The notes below the pieces were generated by a model, which ran no database searches, was not told the origin of the DNA, and saw only the letters and a program-made list of their open reading frames with translations. Shown in pieces: positions 1-7,372 of a DNA stretch of 64,000 nt. The DNA is from Candidatus Omnitrophota bacterium (GTDB lineage Bacteria > Omnitrophota > Gorgyraeia > Zapsychrales > JAKLDJ01), in the NCBI GenBank assembly GCA_022703585.1, contig JAKLDJ010000006.1:5696-69695 (forward strand). The letters are read 5' to 3'. A program made the translations under genes and the position numbers. The stretch's first letter is position 1; every line of letters starts with the position of its first letter.

Positions 1-291
1 AAAGATATTCTCGCTTTCGTCAAACCTGATACTTTCTTTCGTTGCCGGTCTTAGAGTAGCCTTGCTTGGGATGAGCACATTTTGGATAGCTCCACTTCTC
101 CCGGCCCAAGAGAAGTTGAATTTTTCAGAAGCGGTGTCGATATGTTCACCCAGAGCCAAGCGCATCTTATCGATGTTGACCTTGCCTTCGGATATCGCTT
201 CCGGAAGAATCGCCTTGAGCTTTCCAAGCAACTCTGCCTTGATATCTGTGGATTCCCTGACAGCCTTTTGGGTTTTATTTTTCTTTGCCAT
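1..291 (-). CDS. Adenine-specific DNA methyltransferase, N-terminal part (type III Mod / type IIG-like); gene continues off the left edge
   Basis: Hand translation of the minus strand from ATG at 291-289 gives MAKKNKTQKAVRESTDIKAELLGKLKAILPEAISEGKVNIDKMRLALGEHIDTASEKFNFSWAGRSGAIQNVLIPSKATLRPATKESIRFDESENIF. The FxFxWxG(K/R) ... PSKxTL(K/R)P ... SENxF run matches the conserved N-terminus of N6-adenine RM methylases (Mod / PglX-like). It is absent from the ORF track because it is truncated by the window edge. Confidence 0.55.
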   Translation of the reverse strand, partial: MAKKNKTQKAVRESTDIKAELLGKLKAILPEAISEGKVNIDKMRLALGEHIDTASEKFNFSWAGRSGAIQNVLIPSKATLRPATKESIRFDESENIF

Positions 292-322
292 GTTTAGCCT
301 CTTTTTATGTTATGCAAATTGG

Positions 323-664
323 TCATAATTTCTTTGCTAATTTCTTGTATGATGCGTGATTTAGTGCGCCCCCGCAAGACGTTTCTTGAGCCTTTGTTAT
401 TAAAATTGACATGCGTCTATTCATCTTTAAGCTCTTTGGAGTAATTTTAATGCTTTTTATTGGTTCTCTTTTGCCTCTCTTGTGGTCGTTGATTTTTCGG
501 AGCAACGCTTGAAGCTCATCTTTGGCATATAGCCGATAATTATTAAAGGGATGCCGGTATGATTTGAGTTTGCCAGAGGAATCCCATCTCCTGAGCGTCA
601 TTTCAGAGACCCCCAGAAGTTCAGAGGCTTCTTTGATTGTTATATAATCGTCTATTTTCTTCAT
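323..664 (-). CDS. MerR/excisionase(Xis)-family helix-turn-helix DNA-binding protein
   Basis: ORF 323-682. The true ATG is at 664 (MKKIDDYITIKEASELLGVSEMTLRRWDSSGKL...YRLYAKDELQALL); the first in-frame start is a TTG. It has an N-terminal MerR-type HTH followed by a basic tail, and lies directly upstream of the methylase gene on the same strand. Confidence 0.6.
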   Translation of the reverse strand: MKKIDDYITIKEASELLGVSEMTLRRWDSSGKLKSYRHPFNNYRLYAKDELQALLRKINDHKRGKREPIKSIKITPKSLKMNRRMSILITKAQETSCGGALNHASYKKLAKKL

Positions 665-973
665 GTATATAACCTTTAACAAGATTATACACAGAAAAAA
701 ATAGAAATCAACACGAAGCGTCCTATCGTCTGTTCGTTATATTAAAATATCTTCATCCAAAACCATGGCGTTATCAGAAATAAAATTTCGCCTGAATCAA
801 GTGACCAGTCCCTGACCTAAGGCAGGACAAGAGTCGTTTATCATATTTTATATAGTGCTTAGCTTAGCAAGTCTGCCTCTCTCGCAGACTCTTTCGCTTT
901 CTCTTTGCTTACTCTTTATTAAAACCTTTGCGTTAGAGAAGCGAACGCTTATTTTAAGGAAAGAATATATTTA

Positions 974-1020
974 GGCATAGCAGAAGCGTAGGGGATAGCC
1001 TCAGCTATGCCTAATATATA
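974..1020 (-). terminator. Hairpin just downstream of the 1023-1364 gene (possible intrinsic terminator)
   Basis: Inverted repeat ttaggcatagc...gctatgcctaa followed by an A/T-rich run on the minus strand. Confidence 0.35.
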
Positions 1021-1022
1021 GT

Positions 1023-1364
1023 CTATTCTTGGATAAGCCGAGTGAAGTATTTAGTTTGGTTGCCAACGCCGGTTTTCTTGATGCCGACCATTGAACCGAA
1101 CGGATAACGTGCCATTTGCTCGGCCAAAATTCGACTGCCCCTGTCCCAACTCTGCCGGACGCCATTCGATTCAAAGATATAGCGCAGGCATTCACTTTTC
1201 CCACCGTCAAAACGATTTGGGATTTTCTCGACACCAAGAAATTTAACAATTTTCTCGGTATCGTCTGGAAGGGTGAAGAACTTTGAGTTTTTATTTATAA
1301 AATCATCGAAAATATCGCTACCGACACTCATAAATCCTCCTTGCGTTTTCAAGACGTTTTTCAT
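1023..1364 (-). CDS. Hypothetical small protein (gene D of the four-gene small-protein operon)
   Basis: ORF of 113 aa. The ATG at 1364 overlaps the stop of the upstream SpoVG-like gene (ATGA), and an alternative ATG at 1331 is preceded by AAGGAGG. I recognise no family. Confidence 0.5.
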   Translation of the reverse strand: MKNVLKTQGGFMSVGSDIFDDFINKNSKFFTLPDDTEKIVKFLGVEKIPNRFDGGKSECLRYIFESNGVRQSWDRGSRILAEQMARYPFGSMVGIKKTGVGNQTKYFTRLIQE

Positions 1365-1684
1365 TCATCCAGATAAGGCACGTAGTAGGTGCTTTCTGGG
1401 CCTCTCTTTGAGCCTTTGGCGATTTTGTCGATTTTATCGACTACTGCATTTGTTAGGTCAAGGGCTGTCTCTTTGTCGATAGGACAGAATGACTCGACCA
1501 TCAGGCCATGTGGTAATCTGATGACCGGATAGACTAATCGAAAACCTGACCCGTCAAGGCGTGTGAACACGCCTACTCCCTGAACTTTGAACCTGCCATC
1601 GATTACAAAGCTCGTGACGCCTACACGCCCCTTTTCATTTGGGGCGAGAGGGAAGAACTTGACCTCTTTCACTTCCACTTTCAT
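1361..1684 (-). CDS. SpoVG-like nucleic-acid-binding protein
   Basis: ATG at 1684 is preceded by GGAGGTGA at a 6-nt spacing; the ORF-track start at 1690 is a TTG. MKVEVKEVKFFPLAPNEKGRVGVTSFVIDGRFKVQGVGVFTRLDGSGFRLVYP resembles the SpoVG fold pattern (V..V..V...G...A.A.V.LD..F.V..I.V...G.F...P). Confidence 0.45.
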   Translation of the reverse strand: MKVEVKEVKFFPLAPNEKGRVGVTSFVIDGRFKVQGVGVFTRLDGSGFRLVYPVIRLPHGLMVESFCPIDKETALDLTNAVVDKIDKIAKGSKRGPESTYYVPYLDE

Positions 1685-1838
1685 TCTCAATCACCTCCTC
1701 AAACTCATTCCATTTGCGTAATAACCCGAAAAAGCGGCGCAAGCCAGAGCAGATTTCCGCTATTTCTTGAGGACTTAGCGGTCTGCCGTAGGCTTGCGCC
1801 CATTCCTCCTTCAGGTTATTTTTAGAATTTTTAGCCAT
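1635..1838 (-). CDS. Hypothetical small protein (gene B), uncertain
   Basis: ATG at 1838 (MAKNSKNNLKEEWAQAYGRPLSPQEIAEICSGLRRFFGLLRKWNEFEE...). It overlaps the SpoVG-like start by about 50 nt and has a weak RBS, so it may be spurious. Confidence 0.25.
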   Translation of the reverse strand: MAKNSKNNLKEEWAQAYGRPLSPQEIAEICSGLRRFFGLLRKWNEFEEVIENESGSERGQVLPSRPK

Positions 1839-1900
1839 TAAGAAACGTCGTATTGGACACCTTTGGTCACCCTCGCAGAAATAAGATAACCTAATAAATT

Positions 1901-2188
1901 TCAATCGGTTAATTTCTGCGGGTCGGATTTGAGATACTTTTCATACTTTGCCACAAAGTTCTCCATTTCATCCGTGGTAAACTGTAAAACAATAAAGGCC
2001 ATAAAGAGTAGTGAGTGGCCTTTGAGTGCCCAATACGGACGGCTTTGAGGCAGAAAACGAAACACCATGTGAAGCGTTTCTTCAACAAGATTCTGGCGCT
2101 CGGCAGGTATTATGAAATTAACCTGTGCAGGATTCTCGCCAGCATTTTGGAGAAGTTCTGATTTGATTCTTCTGTATAGTTCGCTCAT
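1901..2188 (-). CDS. Hypothetical protein (gene A, first gene of the small-protein operon)
   Basis: ATG at 2188 is preceded by AAAGGAGGTG at a 7-nt spacing (MSELYRRIKSELLQNAGENPAQVNFIIPAERQNLVEETL...). I recognise no family. Confidence 0.5.
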   Translation of the reverse strand: MSELYRRIKSELLQNAGENPAQVNFIIPAERQNLVEETLHMVFRFLPQSRPYWALKGHSLLFMAFIVLQFTTDEMENFVAKYEKYLKSDPQKLTD

Positions 2189-2239
2189 ATTTTTCACCTC
2201 CTTTCTGGGGAAAAACCTGTTTATCATTACTGCAGGCAA

Positions 2240-2505
2240 TTCTTCCCTTGCACATATTTATAGCAAGAAGGTTATAAATCTATCACTTGACGCAAAATAG
2301 TTTTAATTGTCTGGAAATAAATAACTTATAAAGCATGAATTTTATGTTATTCAAAACTGATGTATAAGGTTTGTGAGGATTTTCTGGCCTAGAGGGGGTG
2401 ATAAGACCTTAAAACTGGCTTAGGAGGGTATTTTTATTGTTTATATAGCTTAAAAGCGTATAATATTAATTATTAAGTTGATTAAACTCTATCTATAACT
2501 ATGTC
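2240..2505. promoter_or_regulatory. AT-rich divergent promoter region between the minus-strand small-protein operon and the plus-strand nuclease/Schlafen module
   Basis: A 266-nt non-coding, very AT-rich stretch lying between divergently oriented gene starts (2188 minus, 2506 plus). Confidence 0.5.
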
Positions 2506-3324
2506 ATGAAAATGAAAAGTAAGATTTTAAGAAAACTTATCGACGTTGAAATTAGATTAGGTTTCCTTCACATCCCCGCCGCAGGAATCGATTTGTTCCC
2601 CGAGAAAAACACCAAAATAAACGCCCTTGTAGATGGGGAATCCCGTCAATTAACTTACAATGCCACACATAGAAGAATCTTTGGCCTTACAAAATGGTAT
2701 TCGGATTGTCATGTAAAGGTTGGCGATGAGATTGAAATCGAAAAAGCAGGCGAGGAATACAAGCTAATATTTAATGCCGGTAAACTCGCTGAAACGCCCT
2801 TAAAGGAAGCCGAGACCTTGATTGATATTTCCGGCTTATCATCTCAGGCAAAGGGCAATATCGTTGAGGAACGGGTCAAGGAGCTTATTCTTTTGCAGGG
2901 ACAAGGGCTTTTGAGCGTTTATAGGCCGGTGACGGATACTGAGGGCATCGATTTGATTGTGCTGAAAAGCGGGATGTTTCAGCCGTTATTCTTGCAGATA
3001 AAAGGGCGTTTTAATGTTCAGAAAACCGGATACTTTTTAATGGATATCAGCAAGAAGACATTTACGGTGCATCATTCATATTTTGTAGTAGGCGCTTACT
3101 TTAATCCTCGTGAAATGGAAATCGATGAGCATTTGTTATTTGTTCCGAGTGAAGAAGTCGTCAAAGCTCCCATCGTGAAGTCGAATGTGGGGGAACGATA
3201 CCGGATTGCGAATCATCTCAATATGGATTCCAAAGGCCGTTGGGCCCCGCATTTGATTAAGAAATCCGATTTGGCAAGTAAGTTGTTGGAAAAGTTTGAG
3301 GAAATAGGGAAATATATTAAATAG
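2506..3324 (+). CDS. Restriction-endonuclease-like protein: N-terminal B3/EcoRII-N-like DNA-binding domain fused to an Mrr-cat-like PD-(D/E)xK nuclease domain
   Basis: N-terminal half: IRLGFLHIPAAGIDLFPEKNTKINALVDGESRQLTYNATHRRIFGLTKWYSDCHVKVGDEIEIEK fits the B3-like pseudobarrel pattern (grLxIPk..a...fP.....i.l.D..G..w.f.y......r.vLt.GW..Fv....l..GD.v.F). C-terminal half: VTDTEGIDLIVLKSG...LFLQIKGRF resembles the Mrr_cat motif GIDxI...D...(Q/E)xK(R). Confidence 0.55.
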   Translation: MKMKSKILRKLIDVEIRLGFLHIPAAGIDLFPEKNTKINALVDGESRQLTYNATHRRIFGLTKWYSDCHVKVGDEIEIEKAGEEYKLIFNAGKLAETPLKEAETLIDISGLSSQAKGNIVEERVKELILLQGQGLLSVYRPVTDTEGIDLIVLKSGMFQPLFLQIKGRFNVQKTGYFLMDISKKTFTVHHSYFVVGAYFNPREMEIDEHLLFVPSEEVVKAPIVKSNVGERYRIANHLNMDSKGRWAPHLIKKSDLASKLLEKFEEIGKYIK

Positions 3325-3335
3325 GAAATTACTCA

Positions 3336-5057
3336 ATGATTGATTCAGTTGATTCGATATTAAAAGAAATAGAGAACACTTCTTTAGTTGAGCACCGGCA
3401 TCCGAATATTGAATTGAAATCCAGTTGGGATGTCGATTACGGAAGAAAAGTCTGTGGTCTTGCAAACAAAATCGGCTTCTCAAATGCTTGGCTTGTGATA
3501 GGCATGAAGGATGATGGAATTTTGGTAGGAAATAACGAGGCATGGGCTAAAAATTGTGAACAAGTAGTATCTCAACATGCCAACCAATTTCTGAATCCAA
3601 TTCAGGCGATTAAACAAATATCTTGTCATCAAATAAATCAATCTTGGATAGTCGTTATTCATGTTCAGCCGCCCGGTGCTGTTACATACTGGCAAGGCAT
3701 TCCTTACAAAGCTTCTGGCACAACTTTTGCCGCCATGATACCCGAAGAAATCATGCAGTTGACTGTATCTTTGCCCGGATTAGAAGATTTTTCCGCACAG
3801 GAATGGAAAGGGAGATGCGAAGCTTCTTTAGTCGCAGGTTTTGCAGAAACTGTCAGCACGAAACGCTCTGAGGCGCAATTTGTGGATTTATCGAAGAGAA
3901 CCGCCGATGATGTATTAACTCGTTTAGCAATTGTTGATAAAAATGTCGTTCGTATCTTGTTTGGAGATTTCAAATTTCGGATTGTTTATTACAATGATTC
4001 CAATGAGCCAGTTGAAAATTCTTCACAGCAAGGATTAATTCGCTTGCTGAGTAGCGAATTTATGCAATCAATTCAACGGTGGGGACTTAAAAATATTCAA
4101 ACAGAAAGTGGGGCGGAGATAACTTTAGAGTCTTACCCATCTAAAGCACTGCGGGAAGCTTTGGCCAACACGGTTGCGCATTGCGCTTATTTTGAAAGGC
4201 AAGGAGAGGTGGTTGTAGAAGTGTATCCCGCAAAGTTATCCATAAGTAATCTTTGTTTGCCTGAATCAGCGCATTTTGCTAATAAATGGTTTTCAAGAAG
4301 CAGAAATACCGTTAATCGTTTGTTGATGGAAACCTTGAGACTCGGCGGTTATGTTGATGAGTTAGGGAGAGGCAAGAATCTTATTTTCTGTGAAAGTATT
4401 AAGGCGGGATTAAAACCTCCCATTGTTGAAATTGAAAAAGCCGGACAATACAGCCGATGGAGATTGCAATTATTTGGAGCTTCCCGTGACCCAATCCAAT
4501 TAAAACTACTTCAACGGATTAAAGATTTATATAAGGACGAGTATAAAGCAATGGTTGCTTATGCTCTTGTTCTTTGGAGCAATTTACCTGTTTCAAGAAT
4601 TTCTCAATTTATCGATGGTGAATCAAGAGCATATTTTGAAGAAATTCTTCAAGATATTGATGGCCCGGTATTCTTTTATCAGAAAGAAGATAAACTTATC
4701 CTACATCGTTGGGTTAGGGTCTTGATGGAAGAAGGGAAGGATGCAAAGTCATTTACACTTGCGGAGGAAGAAGGGTTGAGGAATTTTGCTTATGAAATGT
4801 GCACAAAATATGAGCACGGATATATTACTCCTAAGGAATTGAGACGATTAGCGCATTTAGGCGAAAGCAACTCTGAGCAACAATTAAGCTCTGAATTGTT
4901 AAGTAAATGGCGGAAAGAAGGACATGTAGAATTTCTGAGGCGGGGGAAATACCGATTCAAAGAGCCGGTAAAACCACCGGAGGCTTGGTCAGCTCTCCTT
5001 GATAGGTTATTAAAAGATTCAACAAGTAGTGCATTAGGAAATACGGCCAATGAATAA
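3336..5057 (+). CDS. Schlafen-like AlbA_2 domain + HATPase_c_4 (RecG-C-terminal-like) + C-terminal winged-helix-like extension protein
   Basis: N-terminus: EHRHPNIELKSSWDV...VCGLANKIGFSNAWLVIGMKDDGILVG...VVIHVQPPGAVTYWQGIPYKASGTTFAAMIPEEIMQL matches the AlbA_2 (PF04326-type) pattern. Middle: ALREALANTVAHCAYFERQGEVVVEVYPAKLSISN...RNTVNRLLMETLRLGGYVDELGRGKNLIFCESIKAGLKPPIVE matches the HATPase_c_4 (PF13749-type) pattern. It starts 12 bp after the nuclease gene, so the two are probably one operon. Confidence 0.7.
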   Translation: MIDSVDSILKEIENTSLVEHRHPNIELKSSWDVDYGRKVCGLANKIGFSNAWLVIGMKDDGILVGNNEAWAKNCEQVVSQHANQFLNPIQAIKQISCHQINQSWIVVIHVQPPGAVTYWQGIPYKASGTTFAAMIPEEIMQLTVSLPGLEDFSAQEWKGRCEASLVAGFAETVSTKRSEAQFVDLSKRTADDVLTRLAIVDKNVVRILFGDFKFRIVYYNDSNEPVENSSQQGLIRLLSSEFMQSIQRWGLKNIQTESGAEITLESYPSKALREALANTVAHCAYFERQGEVVVEVYPAKLSISNLCLPESAHFANKWFSRSRNTVNRLLMETLRLGGYVDELGRGKNLIFCESIKAGLKPPIVEIEKAGQYSRWRLQLFGASRDPIQLKLLQRIKDLYKDEYKAMVAYALVLWSNLPVSRISQFIDGESRAYFEEILQDIDGPVFFYQKEDKLILHRWVRVLMEEGKDAKSFTLAEEEGLRNFAYEMCTKYEHGYITPKELRRLAHLGESNSEQQLSSELLSKWRKEGHVEFLRRGKYRFKEPVKPPEAWSALLDRLLKDSTSSALGNTANE

Positions 5058-5304
5058 GCAAGAAGCTGTTTACGCAATTGAACTGTTTTATGAAAAAGTC
5101 GATGAAGATTTAGCCTAAGTCCAAAGTAGGCCGAGGGTATCTTGAACGGCTTGACTCAAACCGTTCAAGGTGAGACGACTCGTCAGACCTTAAATTGAAA
5201 TTGCAAGCGACTCAACAAGCGAATCCGTAACATAGGCTTCTTCCGATACACAATAAGCCTTAAACTGCTCTAAGAAGTTCCTGAAATCGTCCGCTTGGGG
5301 GAGT

Positions 5305-5350
5305 ATTTAATAAAAAGGCCGCCTTGAAAGGCGGCCTTTTTATTAAATAG
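5305..5350. terminator. Bidirectional intrinsic terminator hairpin
   Basis: tatttaataaaaaGGCCGCCttgaaaGGCGGCCtttttattaaata: a GC stem flanked by an A-tract and a T-tract. Confidence 0.6.
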
Positions 5351-5460
5351 TTCCTCTGCGTTAAGAGGTACCCAGTACCCGAAGGGTGCGTTCGCCGGGA
5401 GCGAAGCGACCAGCACTTGTTACCCGGAGGGTAGAACAAGTGAGCCCTCGCGGGGGAGTT

Positions 5461-5506
5461 AATATTTAAAAGGGGCCACCCAAAGGGTGGCCCCTTTTAA
5501 ATATAA
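5461..5506. terminator. Bidirectional intrinsic terminator hairpin (end of repeat unit A)
   Basis: aaaaGGGGCCACCCaaaGGGTGGCCCCtttt. Confidence 0.55.
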
Positions 5507-5625
5507 TCCTTACGAGACGAAGAACCTGTCCGAAGGACGGGTTCGCTAGCGATCACGCCAAGGGCGGGGGAGCAGTCCCGAGGCGCAAAGCGACGAGGGA
5601 AGCCCTCGCGGGGGAGTCAAGTGAA

Positions 5626-5664
5626 ATAACAAGGGCCGCCTTTTAAGGCGGCCCTTGTTTGTAA
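5626..5664 (-). terminator. Intrinsic terminator downstream of the minus-strand 5684-6049 gene (end of repeat unit B)
   Basis: aacaaGGGCCGCCttttaaGGCGGCCCttgtt. Confidence 0.55.
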
Positions 5665-5683
5665 ATATCTATTGATAAACGGA

Positions 5684-6049
5684 CTACTTTTTCACTTTCT
5701 GTTCGTCACTCAAGAAGTGAGTCTGCACTCCTCTTTTAACGTATTCGGGCTGAATAACTGAGCCGTAGTTTTCGGGATTCGGAATCGGGCAGGTGACGAT
5801 GTCCCATACACCGGAAGCGCCGCGGGCTACTCCCCAAAACAGGCCTTTAAAAAGACCGACAACGATGCCGATACCGGCATTTTTGCTTTCCTTCCATTCG
5901 GTGTCGATATTCTGCGGTATTTCGAGTACAGCCGAAAGTACATTTGTTGCTCCGCGGGCCAATTTATCCTTCGGCTCACCGGCAGACGCGGATGTTACCA
6001 GACTGAAACACAACGCACCACACACCACCAACGCTACTAGAATCTTCAT
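5684..6049 (-). CDS. Small secreted protein, exosortase-system-associated TIGR04073-like family
   Basis: Signal peptide MKILVALVVCGALCFSLVTSASA, then KLARGATNVLSAVLEIPQNI...GIVVGLFKG...GVARGASGVWDIVTCP, which matches the R-G-x-N...E-I-P pattern I recall for that family. Confidence 0.45.
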   Translation of the reverse strand: MKILVALVVCGALCFSLVTSASAGEPKDKLARGATNVLSAVLEIPQNIDTEWKESKNAGIGIVVGLFKGLFWGVARGASGVWDIVTCPIPNPENYGSVIQPEYVKRGVQTHFLSDEQKVKK

Positions 6050-6204
6050 ATCTCCCTCCTTTTTAAAATAATTTAACAGAAATAAAAATTACCGTCAAGG
6101 AGTATTCTGTTATTTAAGCGAGAAGAGAATTTCTATTTTAAAGGCATCGTGTTATAATACATTCATGTTTTTGGTTAAGAAGAATAATTAAAAAGGAGAA
6201 CGAT

Positions 6205-6594
6205 ATGTCTAGAAAGATTGTTGCATTTGTCGGATTCGCTTTTCTGCTGCTTACTATTTACGGCTGTGTTGCGATTGTCGCCGGTGCGGTGGGGGGAGTA
6301 GGGACATCGGTGTGGCTTTCGGGCAAGTTGACCCAGGAATTTAATACTCCGTACGAGAAAACGATTAAGGCGGCCAGGTCGGCGCTGCAGTCGCTCAAAC
6401 TGAATATTACTAAAGAAACCAAGGACGATACGGTGGCCCAATTGCGCAGTGAGGATTCGAGCGGGAAGGACATCTGGGTCGATATCCGCAAGATTACCGA
6501 GACTTCGACCAGGGTGGAAGTCCGCGTGGGGGCAGTTAATTCGGACAAAGACGCGGCAACGACCATCCTTCAGAGAATCCAGAAGTATTTATAA
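6205..6594 (+). CDS. DUF3568-like lipoprotein
   Basis: AAAGGAGAA RBS. Signal peptide plus a lipobox (LLTIYGC). 129 aa with the overall DUF3568 pattern. A TATAAT -10 element sits at about 6154-6159. Confidence 0.55.
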   Translation: MSRKIVAFVGFAFLLLTIYGCVAIVAGAVGGVGTSVWLSGKLTQEFNTPYEKTIKAARSALQSLKLNITKETKDDTVAQLRSEDSSGKDIWVDIRKITETSTRVEVRVGAVNSDKDAATTILQRIQKYL

Positions 6595-6669
6595 GATAGC
6601 TCATATTGGTTTTTGCGGAAACGTGGTAAAGGTTTTTGTCCAGGCAAGCGTATAAACCGGAGATTAAAA

Positions 6670-6846
6670 ATGGTTGATATCGAGGCTTTGCGTTTGGCGT
6701 TATCGAAAGAGCAGGACGCCATAGAGATGTACCAAAAATTATTGCTGGAGCATCCTAATCTGGCGGATTTGATTAATTTCTTGATTACGGAAGAGCAGAA
6801 ACACAAGAAGCTGATAGAGAGAAAGATTACGGATTTAAGCCGATAG
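6670..6846 (+). CDS. Small ferritin-like / rubrerythrin-family protein
   Basis: ATG at 6670 (MVDIEALRLALSKEQDAIEMYQKLLLEHPNLADLINFLITEEQKHKKLIERKI): a short helical ferritin-like segment. A terminator follows at 6880-6918. Confidence 0.4.
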   Translation: MVDIEALRLALSKEQDAIEMYQKLLLEHPNLADLINFLITEEQKHKKLIERKITDLSR

Positions 6847-6879
6847 CAGGAAGCGAGCGAACGAAACGGTTCTGATTTG

Positions 6880-6918
6880 AAAAGGGGGCGCCCCGAAGGG
6901 GCGCCCCCTTTTTTCTCC
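6880..6918 (+). terminator. Intrinsic terminator
   Basis: GGGGGCGCCCCgaaGGGGCGCCCCCttttttct. Confidence 0.65.
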
Positions 6919-7032
6919 CCGCAGGGTTTTGAAGCGCATAATCTGCCGTAAAATACATTGCAAAAGATTTTTGATGAGATAGAATAAAAAAAACGCAACG
7001 GTTACCAAGTCTTCGTATCTAACCAAAGGAGC

Positions 7033-7368
7033 ATGTCCATGGCACAGGAGACCTTTATTGAGAAACAAGAGGAAAGTATCTCCATCCATATCTTTGCCGT
7101 ATCGGCTGCGCTGGTGGGGGTATGCCTGACCGTCATAGGTATTTTCAATATTGTTACGTCTCTTAAAAGAATGGAGACTTTTCTGGATGAGATGACTGCC
7201 GTCGATGCTGTTCTTTTTATGCTGGCCTGTATTTTTTCGTATATGGCGATTCGAACCAGGGAACGGCAGCCTAGGCTCCGTTTGGAAAAGATCGCAGACA
7301 GCGTGTTTTTGTCTGCGCTTTTTTTAATGGCTACAACCTGTGTGTTAATTGTTCTCCGATTGATCTAA
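7033..7368 (+). CDS. Hypothetical small membrane protein upstream of cstA
   Basis: 111 aa with 3-4 predicted hydrophobic helices. Ends 5 bp before the cstA start. Confidence 0.4.
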   Translation: MSMAQETFIEKQEESISIHIFAVSAALVGVCLTVIGIFNIVTSLKRMETFLDEMTAVDAVLFMLACIFSYMAIRTRERQPRLRLEKIADSVFLSALFLMATTCVLIVLRLI

Positions 7369-7372
7369 ACTC

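Larger units (their letters stand above)
5343..5675. repeat. Two diverged ~160-nt tandem repeat units, each ending in a GC-rich palindromic terminator hairpin; candidate sRNA genes or a REP/MITE-like element
   Basis: Unit A (5343-5506) and unit B (5507-5675) share the boxes cgaagg, gttcgc, gc(g/a)aagcgac and agccctcgcgggggagt. Each ends in an A-tract/GC-stem/T-tract hairpin (5461-5506 and 5626-5664). Confidence 0.5.

Noticed and set aside
62-328. Plus-strand ORFs (62-328, 82-297) at the left edge
   Set aside because: They are antisense to the much better-supported methyltransferase N-terminus on the minus strand and have no recognisable motifs.
3136-3543. Minus-strand 135-aa ORF spanning the nuclease/Schlafen gene junction
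   Set aside because: Antisense to two well-supported plus-strand genes, with no motif or RBS.
5280-5680. Possible CRISPR array (regularly spaced GC palindromes)
   Set aside because: The repeat units are ~150 nt, diverged from one another, and are not short identical direct repeats separated by unique spacers. The palindromes are terminator-like (A-tract/T-tract flanks).
5060-5700. Searched the island boundary for a tRNA or tmRNA gene as an integration target
   Set aside because: I found no T-arm-like GGTTCGAATCC motif and no cloverleaf-compatible arrangement. The only hairpins are long perfect palindromes.
6570-6998. Minus-strand 142-aa ORF overlapping the rubrerythrin-like gene and terminator
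   Set aside because: It contains the GC palindrome terminator within its frame and is antisense to a plausible small gene. It is low-complexity.
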